From Bacillales bacterium UBA5026 (GTDB lineage Bacteria > Bacillota_I > Bacilli_A > RF39 > UBA660), in NCBI GenBank assembly GCA_002416285.1, contig DICM01000002.1, positions 4,288 to 68,287 on the forward strand: a stretch of 64,000 nt of DNA, read 5' to 3'. Positions 10,458-19,430 of this stretch are shown one piece after another (position 1 is the stretch's first letter; each line of letters opens with the position of its first letter). Both the position numbers and the translations under genes were made by a program. The notes under the pieces were generated by a model, which had not been told where the DNA came from, did no database searches, and worked only from the letters and a program-made list of their open reading frames with translations.

Positions 10458-11915
10458 ATGAAAAAGTCAATTAAAAAAAATTATATCTATAATCTAGCAT
10501 ATCAACTTTTAGTAATCATAACCCCAATTATTACTACACCCTATTTATCAAGAATATTAGGAGCAGAAGGAATTGGGACATATAGCTATACTATTTCTAT
10601 AGTAACCTATTTTCTTCTTTTTGGAACACTTGGGATAGCAACTTATGGACAAAGAGAGATTGCATATTATCAAGATGATAAACAAAAAAGAAGTAAAATT
10701 TTTTGGGAGTTAATAATTATTCGATTTATAACTTTATTTGTTGCAAGTATTTTATTTTATTTTATTTATGCTAAACATGGTGATTTTGCTCTTTATTATA
10801 AGATATTGACATTAGAATTGATTGCAAGCATGTTTGATATATCATGGTTTTTTCAAGGAATGGAAGAATTTAAAAAGATTGTACTGCGTAATTTACTCGT
10901 AAAAATATTAAGTGTGATAGCAATATTTGTATTTATTAAAGCACCTGATGATATAAGTAAATATTTAATGATTTATGTTGCTACAACTTTTGTTGGAAAT
11001 ATTTCTTTATGGGGGTATTTGAAAAAATATGTAGTATTTACAAAGATTAATTTCAAAATAATAGTAAAACATTTATTTCCAATTATTAGTCTATTTATAC
11101 CACAAATTGCAACTCAAATTTATACAGTTTTAGATAAGACTATGATTGGATCAATATTAAATGATATGCAAGCTGTTGGATTTTACGAGCAAGCACAGAA
11201 AATAATTAAAATAACATTGACATTAGTTACTTCTCTTGGAATTGTAATGGTTCCTAGAATTTCAAATTTATTCAAGACTGGCAAAAAAGAAGAGATTTCT
11301 CTTTATATGGGAAAAGCATTTAATTTTGTATGGTTCCTGGCAACACCATTACTTTTTGGCACAATTGCCATTACTGACAATTTTGTACCATGGTTTTATG
11401 GTGAAGCTTTTGAAAGTATAAAAATATTAATAGTAGTTCTTTCATTTATTCTTCATTCAATTGCCTTCAGCAACATTATTGGAGTTCAATATCTTGTTCC
11501 CGTTCAGAAGCAAAATATATTGACAATTTCCGTTGTAATAGGAGCTATCAGCAGTGTTTTGTTAAATTTTTTGCTAATACCATTGTTAGGTGTTTTTGGG
11601 GCATGTCTAGCAACCGTTATTTCAGAATTTAATGTAACAATCTATCAAATTTTTTACGTAAAGAAACATAATGAGTTTGATATATCTAATATTTATAAAT
11701 TAGCACCCAATTATTTAATTTCAGGTGGGATAATGGGAATTTTGGTGTATGGGGTAGGAACCCTATTAAAACCAAATATTATTTCAACATTTATTCAAAT
11801 TTTTATAGGTGGAGTGATTTATAGTGGAATGCTGTTGATTTTGAAAGATAAGTTTCTTCTTTCAAATTTAGAATTTTTAAAACATAAAATTATTAAACAA
11901 AGAACAAATAATTAA
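10458..11915 (+). CDS. Wzx-type oligosaccharide flippase (MOP superfamily)
   Basis: About 12-14 TM segments. The N-terminus NLAYQLLVIITPIITTPYLSRILGAEGIG is typical of polysaccharide biosynthesis flippases. Confidence 0.85.
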   Translation: MKKSIKKNYIYNLAYQLLVIITPIITTPYLSRILGAEGIGTYSYTISIVTYFLLFGTLGIATYGQREIAYYQDDKQKRSKIFWELIIIRFITLFVASILFYFIYAKHGDFALYYKILTLELIASMFDISWFFQGMEEFKKIVLRNLLVKILSVIAIFVFIKAPDDISKYLMIYVATTFVGNISLWGYLKKYVVFTKINFKIIVKHLFPIISLFIPQIATQIYTVLDKTMIGSILNDMQAVGFYEQAQKIIKITLTLVTSLGIVMVPRISNLFKTGKKEEISLYMGKAFNFVWFLATPLLFGTIAITDNFVPWFYGEAFESIKILIVVLSFILHSIAFSNIIGVQYLVPVQKQNILTISVVIGAISSVLLNFLLIPLLGVFGACLATVISEFNVTIYQIFYVKKHNEFDISNIYKLAPNYLISGGIMGILVYGVGTLLKPNIISTFIQIFIGGVIYSGMLLILKDKFLLSNLEFLKHKIIKQRTNN

Positions 11916-11972
11916 AGTATTTTATTATTTAAAGTTTATGTGATATAATATTCAAGGATTTAGAGGTGCATT

Positions 11973-13421
11973 ATGGCAAAAACAAAAAAACAAAAACATA
12001 AAATTACAATGATAAGTAGAGTAATTCTAGTATTAATTGCTTTAGTTTCAATTATTTTCTTTGGAATGCTTTTATCAACAGGAGTATTACCAACTAAATA
12101 TGTGTTAATGATATTAATTCCATATTTTTTATGTCTATTAATTGGTGGTGTTTTCCAGTGGAAACAATCAATAAAAAGTGGTATTAAATGGTTTTTAAAT
12201 ATTATTTCAATCTTATTTATTGTAGTACTATCACTTGGTATTTCCTATATGTATAAAACATTTGATTTTATGGGAAAAATCGGAGCAAAAGGATATCAAA
12301 CGGAAGAATTTTATTTACTTACTTTAAAAGATTCTAAAATTAATTTATTAAACGATTTAAAAAACGATACAGTTGGATTTTATCCAGTGGAACAGGATAG
12401 TTATATAAATGCTCTAAAGGATATGAAGAGTAAGTTAAGTGCGACTTATAAAGAATATCAGGTATTTGATAAACTAGGACAAGATTTATTAGATGAGAAA
12501 ATACCTGCAATTTTTGTTTCAGCAACACAAAAAGATACATTAACAGAAGATGTTGAAGGATTTGAAGCTAAAACAAAAATAGTGAGTACATCAACTCAAA
12601 AAGTAAAAACTGAGGTTGTAACAAAAGAAGCAAATGTTACTGATGAACCATTTAATATTTATATTAGTGGAATTGATATTTACGGAAATATCACGTCAGT
12701 ATCTAGAAGTGATGTTAATATGATTGTTACGGTTAATCCAAAAACACATAAAATATTGCTTACATCTATCCCACGTGATTACTATGTACAGTTGCATGGA
12801 AAAACAGGATATAAGGATAAATTAACCCATGCTGGAGTATATGGAATCGATATGTCCATTCAAACGTTAGAAGATCTATTAGCAGTGGATATTAATTATT
12901 ATATCCGTGTAAACTTTACGACTTTAATTAATTTAGTAGATGCGATAGGTGGAATCAATGTTTATTCTGATAAAACATTAACACCACATACCAACAGTTC
13001 ATGTAAAGTTGTATTGGGAACTAATCATTTTGATGGTGCCTGCGCATTAGCCTTTTCAAGAGAGAGATATGCTTATACAGAAGGTGATCGTCACCGTGTA
13101 AAAAATCAACAAGATGTATTATCTGCAATATTGAAAAAAACATTAAGTTCAAAAACATTAGTAACCAAGTATACGAAAATCCTAGAGTCATTTGGAAGTA
13201 GTTTCCAAACCAATATGGGAAGTAGTAAAATATATAGCTTAGTAAATATGCAACTAGATTCAATGCCTAACTGGACAATTGAAAATTATAGTGTTGATGG
13301 AACAGGAGCGAGTGAGTTAACTTATTCTTATCCACATCAAAAACTATATGTTATGGTACCAAATCAAACAACAGTAACAACTGCAAAAGCTAAAATTGAT
13401 GCAATTGAAAAAGGAGAGTGA
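11973..13421 (+). CDS. LytR-CpsA-Psr (LCP) family glycopolymer ligase
   Basis: N-terminal TM region, then FNIYISGID...SRSDVNMIVTVNPKTHKILLTSIPRDYYV...GDRHRVKNQQ. Its own -10 (TGTGATATAAT) lies upstream. Confidence 0.9.
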   Translation: MAKTKKQKHKITMISRVILVLIALVSIIFFGMLLSTGVLPTKYVLMILIPYFLCLLIGGVFQWKQSIKSGIKWFLNIISILFIVVLSLGISYMYKTFDFMGKIGAKGYQTEEFYLLTLKDSKINLLNDLKNDTVGFYPVEQDSYINALKDMKSKLSATYKEYQVFDKLGQDLLDEKIPAIFVSATQKDTLTEDVEGFEAKTKIVSTSTQKVKTEVVTKEANVTDEPFNIYISGIDIYGNITSVSRSDVNMIVTVNPKTHKILLTSIPRDYYVQLHGKTGYKDKLTHAGVYGIDMSIQTLEDLLAVDINYYIRVNFTTLINLVDAIGGINVYSDKTLTPHTNSSCKVVLGTNHFDGACALAFSRERYAYTEGDRHRVKNQQDVLSAILKKTLSSKTLVTKYTKILESFGSSFQTNMGSSKIYSLVNMQLDSMPNWTIENYSVDGTGASELTYSYPHQKLYVMVPNQTTVTTAKAKIDAIEKGE

Positions 13422-14410
13422 TTTCTTTGAAAAAAGTAGGGAAAGTTTTTCAAACAATCGCTCTTTTCTTTTTCGCTTTTTTATTCTCTATTTATCTACC
13501 TTTCTATATTACTTTTTTAACCATTCGAATTGAAGTTAAAAATAAAGTTATAGATCAATCAGTAGATAAATTGAATTTAATCTATGTATGGGAAAATAGC
13601 CAAGATTATTCAAGTAGCTTAGATGACATTGCTATTCAAATGGAAACAATAGGACTTCCAAAACAAGTATTAAATGAATTAATTCAAAGTAATGCTATCA
13701 AAACATTATTAAAAGAAAGAGTAAATAAGAGTGTCAATTATTTTTGTTATCAAAAAAAGCTAGAACCTCTTAAGCAAATTGAATTAGTCAAAGTAATTAA
13801 AACTGGAACAAAAGAAGCAATTCAAAAATTAAAAGTAAAAAAGGTTGATATTAAATCAATTTTTCCAGAAGAAAAACAATCTTTCTTTTATCAACAACTA
13901 GACTTTGTAGCACCACAATTACTGAATGAAATTCCCAAAGTAGAAGAAATTATGGAAAGAAAACTAAAAGAACCAATTCTAAAAGAGTTTCCGAGAGAAA
14001 CTTCAACTTTAGAAGAACGTTATAATAATTCTTTATCCATTCTACATTTTTTCTTTAGTTATCGTGCACTAGTAATTATGACAGAAGGACTTATTGTTCT
14101 CATTTTAATTATTTTGGGTATTAATAAGTTTAAACAGAAAAATTTAAAATGGCTTGGAGGAAGTTTCTTACTTGCCAATATCGCTGCAATTGTAATTCGC
14201 ACTTTTGGGTTAAATAAGATAGATCAAATAAAAACACCTTTCTCTTTAATACCAGCACAAAACTACATTATTGAACATTCTGAAAAATTATTTATTGCAT
14301 TTAATTATTTTATTTTGTTATTAGCAGTCATCTGTCTTGGAATCCATTTTGGAATAATTATTTCGAAAAAGAAGAGGGAAAATCGGAATAAAACCGGTAA
14401 AATAGGTTAA
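13418..14410 (+). CDS. hypothetical membrane protein (last gene of the glycan locus)
   Basis: The ORF has TM segments at both ends and no recognised motif. GTG at 13418 overlaps the LCP stop. TTG at 13427 has better spacing to the AAAGGAG RBS. Confidence 0.5.
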   Translation: MISLKKVGKVFQTIALFFFAFLFSIYLPFYITFLTIRIEVKNKVIDQSVDKLNLIYVWENSQDYSSSLDDIAIQMETIGLPKQVLNELIQSNAIKTLLKERVNKSVNYFCYQKKLEPLKQIELVKVIKTGTKEAIQKLKVKKVDIKSIFPEEKQSFFYQQLDFVAPQLLNEIPKVEEIMERKLKEPILKEFPRETSTLEERYNNSLSILHFFFSYRALVIMTEGLIVLILIILGINKFKQKNLKWLGGSFLLANIAAIVIRTFGLNKIDQIKTPFSLIPAQNYIIEHSEKLFIAFNYFILLLAVICLGIHFGIIISKKKRENRNKTGKIG

Positions 14411-14488
14411 AAATAAAGGTGTAATAAATATATCGTTCTTTTTGTTGAAAAATGTTTTAAAAAAATCAAATAAAAATGAAAAAAGGTA

Positions 14489-14517
14489 TTGCCAAACAAA
14501 AAAATATACGATATAAT
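14489..14517 (+). promoter_or_regulatory. promoter of the tRNA-Asn/Glu pair (TTGCCA-17-TATAAT)
   Basis: TTGCCA at 14489-14494, a 17-nt spacer, TATAAT at 14512-14517, about 26 nt before tRNA-Asn. Confidence 0.65.
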
Positions 14518-14543
14518 GTAAAAGTCTTAAGCAATTAAGATGT

Positions 14544-14619
14544 GCCTAATTAGCTCAGTCGGTAGAGCACTCGGCTGTTAACCGATAGGTCGTAGGTTCG
14601 AGTCCTACATTAGGCGCCA
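14544..14619 (+). tRNA. tRNA-Asn (anticodon GTT)
   Basis: The cloverleaf folds by hand: acceptor GCCTAAT/ATTAGGC, D arm GCTCAGTCGGTAGAGC, anticodon loop CTGTTAA, T loop GGTTCGAGTCC, encoded CCA. Confidence 0.93.
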
Positions 14620-14625
14620 TTATTT

Positions 14626-14702
14626 GGTCGGTTGGTGAAGTGGTTTAACACACTGCCCTTTCACGGCAGCATTCATGGGTTCAAATCCCATACCGATCAC
14701 CA
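14626..14702 (+). tRNA. tRNA-Glu (anticodon TTC)
   Basis: Acceptor GGTCGGT/ACCGATC (one G-U pair), anticodon stem CTGCC/GGCAG with loop CTTTCAC, T loop GGTTCAAATCC, encoded CCA. Confidence 0.92.
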
Positions 14703-14803
14703 TAAATAAAAATATAAAGTCCGAAAGGATTTTTTTTGTATAGGAATAGACCTTGAACAAACTAATATAATAAATTATTAAAAGTAGATAAGAGGAGGGA
14801 TAT

Positions 14804-15991
14804 ATGAAATATAAGAATACTTTTAATTCAGGTTATTCAAAGGAAAGAATTCCAAATCCACTATCAAATGAGGAATTAATGCAGTGTTTTGAGCGAGTAG
14901 ATGAACCTGAGATAAAGGATAAAATTTTATTACACAATTTAAGATTAGTCTTTTCAATTTCTAAAAAGTATGAAGATAGTTATTTAGAAGCAGATGATTT
15001 AATTGATATTGGAATAATAGGTCTTATAAAGGCAATTAATGGATTTAATCCAACAAGAGGAAAATTTTCAAGTTATGCTGGAAGTTGCATTGAAAAAGAA
15101 ATATTGGCATATCTTAAGGTAAATAGGAAGTATAAAAAGGGCATATTACATCTTGATGAACCAATTAGTCAAGATAATAATGGAGAAAGCTTAAGCTTAA
15201 AGGAAACCTTATCAAATCCTATTAACATCGAAGAAGAAGTAATGGATAATGTCATGTTTGAAGAATTAAGAAAGGCAATTAAAAGACTTTCACGAAACGA
15301 ACAGGAAATTATTACTAAATATTTTGGTATTGACTGTGACTGTATGAGTTTAGATCAAATAGCTGAAGAATTAGGTTATAAAAAATGGAACACTAGTAGA
15401 ATAAAAAAAATAGCACTGACAAAATTAAAAAATTATCTGGAAAAAAACGATTTGTTTTACGGAATACCAGAAGATGATAGAAGTCAAAAAATAACAGAAA
15501 TGAGTTACTTAGAATGCTCTATTCTAATCACATATCTTCTTTTAGAACAAAATATGAATCAATCACAAATTTCAAAGTCTTATGGAATAAGTACTCGTAT
15601 TATAAGATCGTTAATTTATAATGAACTAAAAATGATTGATCCTGATAAATATAATGCTGTTTTAGAAAAACCAAAAATTCAAGATTCTATCCCCCTAAAA
15701 AAAAGTATACAAGATGAAAATCTACAATTATTAGATTATATAAACTCAATTTATCATCTACGAGGCAGAGTTGTTATGTTATTAAAATTAGGATATATGA
15801 TTGACTATAAATTCTCTGTTCAAGAGATTAGTAATATATTACATTTAGATATACAAGCGGTAGCAAATTTCTTATTACAAGGAATTAATGATATCACTGA
15901 AAATTTAAAACAATTAAAACAGTATAGTGTATATGAACAATTAATAGAAGAGCAAAAGCACGATTTAAAGGTATTAAGATTGTCTCAATAG
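14804..15991 (+). CDS. sigma-70 family factor (SigK/SigE-like regions 2-4) with a ~180-aa C-terminal extension carrying two further region-4-like HTH segments
   Basis: IPNPLSNEEL...LLHNLRLVFSISKKY...DLIDIGIIGLIKAINGFNP...SCIEKEILAYLK is region 2. LSRNEQEIITKYFG...SLDQIAEELGYKKWNTSRIKKIALTKLKNYL is region 4. The extra HTH-like segments are described in the findings. Strong RBS AGGAGGG. Confidence 0.8.
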   Translation: MKYKNTFNSGYSKERIPNPLSNEELMQCFERVDEPEIKDKILLHNLRLVFSISKKYEDSYLEADDLIDIGIIGLIKAINGFNPTRGKFSSYAGSCIEKEILAYLKVNRKYKKGILHLDEPISQDNNGESLSLKETLSNPINIEEEVMDNVMFEELRKAIKRLSRNEQEIITKYFGIDCDCMSLDQIAEELGYKKWNTSRIKKIALTKLKNYLEKNDLFYGIPEDDRSQKITEMSYLECSILITYLLLEQNMNQSQISKSYGISTRIIRSLIYNELKMIDPDKYNAVLEKPKIQDSIPLKKSIQDENLQLLDYINSIYHLRGRVVMLLKLGYMIDYKFSVQEISNILHLDIQAVANFLLQGINDITENLKQLKQYSVYEQLIEEQKHDLKVLRLSQ

Positions 15992-16125
15992 ATAAAAGTA
16001 GTTTTAAAAAACAAAAATAATAACGATTAGTAAACAAAAAACGACATTTTAGAAACTCTAAGATTATATTTATAAAATCAATGTTATAATGTACGAGAAA
16101 TTATTTTTGAAAAGAGGAAATTCGC

Positions 16126-16818
16126 ATGAGACATTCTATTGATGATCTACCAGCACTCCCTCCATCATTACCAAGGCAACAACAAATAGATTATTTTAAA
16201 CTATATAAAGAGGGACATAGTGAATATAAAGAGTTACTTATAACACATAATTTACGACTAGTAAGATATATTGCTAGAAAATTTTCTAGTACAAAAGACG
16301 AGTATGATGAATATTTTGCAATAGGTTCTATTGGACTTATAAAAGCGGTAGAAGGTTTTAATTGTGATAAAAATAATAATTTTGCGTCCTATTCTGTTAG
16401 GTGTATCGAAAATGAAATATTGATGGCTATTAGAAGAGAAAAGAAACATTCAAAAAATACCAGTATGCAGGAAGTGGTAAAAATAGATAGTGATGGGAAT
16501 GAACTATTATTAGAGGATATATTATTTTCTTCATTCGATTTAGAAGAAATGATCATTGAAAACGAGCAACTTTCAATGGTCGCATCTGCCATTATGGGTT
16601 TACCGGAATTTGAGCGAACAGTAATTCTAATGAGATATTTTATTGGAGGACATGGTCTAGATCAATATAGAGTTGCTGCTTACTTAGGATTATCTCAATC
16701 AGCTATTTCTAGGGCAGAAAAGAAGATTCTGAAAAAACTAAAGACAAACTTTAGATTACAAGAGCATCCTGCTATATTAACTATTATAAAAAAACAAAAA
16801 CAAAAATATTTGTCATGA
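16126..16818 (+). CDS. sporulation-type sigma factor (SigE/SigK-like), no pro-sequence
   Basis: PALPPSLP...LITHNLRLVRYIARKF...AIGSIGLIKAVEGFN...RCIENEILMAIRR...NELLLEDIL...LGLSQSAISRAEKKILKKLK, 230 aa. Confidence 0.85.
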   Translation: MRHSIDDLPALPPSLPRQQQIDYFKLYKEGHSEYKELLITHNLRLVRYIARKFSSTKDEYDEYFAIGSIGLIKAVEGFNCDKNNNFASYSVRCIENEILMAIRREKKHSKNTSMQEVVKIDSDGNELLLEDILFSSFDLEEMIIENEQLSMVASAIMGLPEFERTVILMRYFIGGHGLDQYRVAAYLGLSQSAISRAEKKILKKLKTNFRLQEHPAILTIIKKQKQKYLS

Positions 16819-16842
16819 CAGTTTTTATCAAACTGTTTTTTT
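16818..16842 (+). terminator. Rho-independent terminator after the second sigma gene
   Basis: ACAGTTT (16818-16824) pairs with AAACTGT (30-36) around a 5-nt loop, followed by a T7 run. Confidence 0.7.
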
Positions 16843-17008
16843 ATAAAATGAATTAGAATTGATTTAATACCTCAGATAAAACGATAGTAACTAATAGTTC
16901 ATGAAAGTACTAAATAAAATATTTAAAATGAAACAACCAAGATAACCATAGAGTTCTTCTTTTTGAATCTTATTTATGATATAATATGAAGCAGAAAAGA
17001 GGGACTTT

Positions 17009-17512
17009 ATGAATTATGTGGATGTAATCAAATCACGAAGAAGTATACGCTCCTATCTTGATAAAGAAGTCGCCAAAGAACAAATTGAAGATTTGTTAGA
17101 GGAAGCGATACTAGCTCCATCTGCTTACAATCGACAACCTTGGAGATTTATTTTAATGAATGGTTCCTCTAAAAACTGGATAGCTGATACGATGGAACAG
17201 GAGGATGTTAAAACCAAAAGGACAGCCATTGCTATGAGACAAGCACCAATCATTATATTAATTTTAAATGCGGAAAAGGAAAGCCGTTTAGAAGATCTAA
17301 TATCAATTGGAGGAATGATTGAGCAATTCTGCTTGTCAGCTACTAATCTAGGGTTTGGGACACTTTGGATGACACATCCATTAGTGATTAAAAATCAAAT
17401 AAGAGAACACTTTAATCTAGAATATGAGTTAGTATCTATTATTGCAGTTGGATACCCAGAATACATCCCAGAGAAGCGACCTAGAAAGGAATTAGAAGAA
17501 GTACTTATATGA
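17009..17512 (+). CDS. nitroreductase family protein
   Basis: IKSRRSIRSY...APSAYNRQPWRF are typical nitroreductase N-terminal motifs. 167 aa. Confidence 0.85.
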   Translation: MNYVDVIKSRRSIRSYLDKEVAKEQIEDLLEEAILAPSAYNRQPWRFILMNGSSKNWIADTMEQEDVKTKRTAIAMRQAPIIILILNAEKESRLEDLISIGGMIEQFCLSATNLGFGTLWMTHPLVIKNQIREHFNLEYELVSIIAVGYPEYIPEKRPRKELEEVLI

Positions 17513-19167
17513 AATTTGTAGTAGAAAAATCCCATTATTTAATCTTTTCCATATCAGCTATTATAGTTGGATTTCTGGCCATTATTGGTAATGTCTTTCT
17601 ATTTCGTAATTTAGTTTTTTTATTACTATTTTTAATGTGTTTAGTAACATTGAAAGATCTTATTTCTGTATTAATCAAAAAACAGAAAAGAAAAGAACAG
17701 AACATATCCTTTGCGAATGCTTTCGTCAATTTTTTATTTGTATTAGTATTATTATATTTTAAAAACTTATCGTTAGCGATTGGTCCATTAGTTTTTGCTA
17801 GCTACCTCATATTTAACGCCTGTGTCAAAATGTGTAGTTACATATTACTCTGTATTAATCGTATCAAGGGTAGAAGTAGGACCTTAATTGTCACTTTAAT
17901 CTTATTTGGATTAGGAGTAACCTTTTTATTTTCTCCTCTTTTTCATCTAAGAGAGATATTATATTTATTAGGATGTTATTCCATCTTACTTGGTATTACT
18001 TATTTTTTAGACTTTATGGACGTATTCAAACCAGATCGAAAAAGAATATTTGATAAAAGAATACGAGTGACTTTGCCAGTATTTATCGATGCTTTTATCC
18101 CATTTCATATTATGAAGAAGATTGATAAAACGGTAGAACAAGAAAAAAAACTACCAGTATTAATTGAGAAAAGGGATGAAAGTCCAACGGATTTGGAAAT
18201 ATTTATTCACGTTGCAGAAGATGGAAACGGAAAATTTGGTCATGCTGATTTCTATTTTGAGGGAACTTTATATTCTTATGGTGCCTATGATAAAGAGGAA
18301 CGAATATTTCATAATGGAATTGGGAGAGGAACTTTGTTTTTAACCAATCGTGAAAAATATCTAAATTTCTGTATTGATTATAGTAAAAAGACAATTTTTA
18401 GTTTTGGGCTTCGTTTAACAGAGGAACAAAAGCAGATCGTCCGTGATCGTATTGAAGAAATTAAACAGAATATTGAAGAATCACCATGGCTTCCTCCAGT
18501 TATGGAAGCAGAAAAACGGGGAGAAGATTTAGAGCCCTATAAAGATTATGCAAGTATGCTTTATAAAGCAACAAAAATGAAAATCTATAAATTTAAAAGT
18601 GGAAAATATAAAACCTTCTTTATTTTAGGAACCAATTGTGTTTCCCTATTAAACTCTATTATAGGAAAATCAGGAATTGATATCTTTAAAATGTATGGTA
18701 TTTTAACACCAGGTGCATATTATGAATATTTGAATAATGAATTTAAAAAGAAAAATAGTATTGTCATATCAAAAACAACTTATAATGAATTTCATAGACC
18801 AGGAAAGGAGAGTCTTATGCTTTTTATTGAATATCCAAAATGTAGTACATGTATGAAAGCAAAAAAATGGCTTTTAGAAAACGAGATTAAATTTATTGAT
18901 CGACACATTGTCGAAGAGACCCCAACGAAGGAGGAAATTACCCAGTGGTATCAAAAAAGCGGCTATCCATTAAAAAGATTTTTTAATACTAGCGGTAACG
19001 TTTATAAAGAATTAAATTTAAAAGATAAATTTGAAGAATTAACAGACGAAGAAAAAATAGCATTGTTAAGTCAAAATGGGATGCTGTTAAAAAGACCTAT
19101 TTTGGTAACAAACAATCAGATTCTATTAGGATTTAAGGAAAGTGAATGGGAGAAAATAAAAAAATAA
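17509..19167 (+). CDS. 552-aa composite ORF: N-terminal polytopic membrane region + H...C (permuted papain/NlpC-like?) middle region + C-terminal ArsC/Spx-family domain
   Basis: ATGA overlap with the nitroreductase gene. About 5 TM segments in aa 1-170. The middle region has GHADFYFEGTLYSYG ... GTNCVSLLNSI. The C-terminal 116 aa are a complete ArsC/Spx-type fold (see the nested feature). Confidence 0.6.
   Translation: MKFVVEKSHYLIFSISAIIVGFLAIIGNVFLFRNLVFLLLFLMCLVTLKDLISVLIKKQKRKEQNISFANAFVNFLFVLVLLYFKNLSLAIGPLVFASYLIFNACVKMCSYILLCINRIKGRSRTLIVTLILFGLGVTFLFSPLFHLREILYLLGCYSILLGITYFLDFMDVFKPDRKRIFDKRIRVTLPVFIDAFIPFHIMKKIDKTVEQEKKLPVLIEKRDESPTDLEIFIHVAEDGNGKFGHADFYFEGTLYSYGAYDKEERIFHNGIGRGTLFLTNREKYLNFCIDYSKKTIFSFGLRLTEEQKQIVRDRIEEIKQNIEESPWLPPVMEAEKRGEDLEPYKDYASMLYKATKMKIYKFKSGKYKTFFILGTNCVSLLNSIIGKSGIDIFKMYGILTPGAYYEYLNNEFKKKNSIVISKTTYNEFHRPGKESLMLFIEYPKCSTCMKAKKWLLENEIKFIDRHIVEETPTKEEITQWYQKSGYPLKRFFNTSGNVYKELNLKDKFEELTDEEKIALLSQNGMLLKRPILVTNNQILLGFKESEWEKIKK
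18817..19167 (+). CDS. ArsC/Spx-family (YusI/YffB-like) protein, possible independent translation unit nested in-frame in the 552-aa ORF
   Basis: GGAAAGGAG sits 6 nt before the ATG at 18817. MLFIEYPKCSTCMKAKKWLLENEIKFIDRHI...LLKRPILV aligns along its full length with Spx/ArsC-family proteins (CxxC, KRPI motif). Confidence 0.5.
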   Translation: MLFIEYPKCSTCMKAKKWLLENEIKFIDRHIVEETPTKEEITQWYQKSGYPLKRFFNTSGNVYKELNLKDKFEELTDEEKIALLSQNGMLLKRPILVTNNQILLGFKESEWEKIKK

Positions 19168-19203
19168 TATTGTGCTTTTTTTCAAATATGATATAATAAG
19201 GAC

Positions 19204-19419
19204 ATATTCAAAAGCGAAGACAAAGAAGTAGTAATGAAATCTTTACAGTTTAGAAAGTTCGTGGTAGATGCAAACGAATCTGTAAACTTCATGAATTCAT
19301 CTTTCGAGCTTTATATACCAAATATATAACGGTGACGCGTTTTAGTCTCGAGGTAAACAATGTTTACAAATTAAGGTGGTACCACGTAATCACGTCCTTA
19401 TACGGATGTGATTTTTTTT
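19204..19419 (+). promoter_or_regulatory. T-box riboswitch leader, Phe specifier (UUC)
   Basis: The T-box sequence AAATTAAGGTGGTACCACG lies at 19368-19386. The terminator is ATCACGTCC/GGATGTGAT (19389-19412) plus a T8 run. Stem I elements are a GCGAAGA K-turn-like motif, an AGAAAG bulge and a TGGTAGA distal loop. The specifier-loop AAACTTCATGAA has TTC at 19288-19290 followed by A. A TGATATAAT -10 lies at 19189-19197. Confidence 0.85.
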
Positions 19420-19430
19420 GGAGGTAATTT

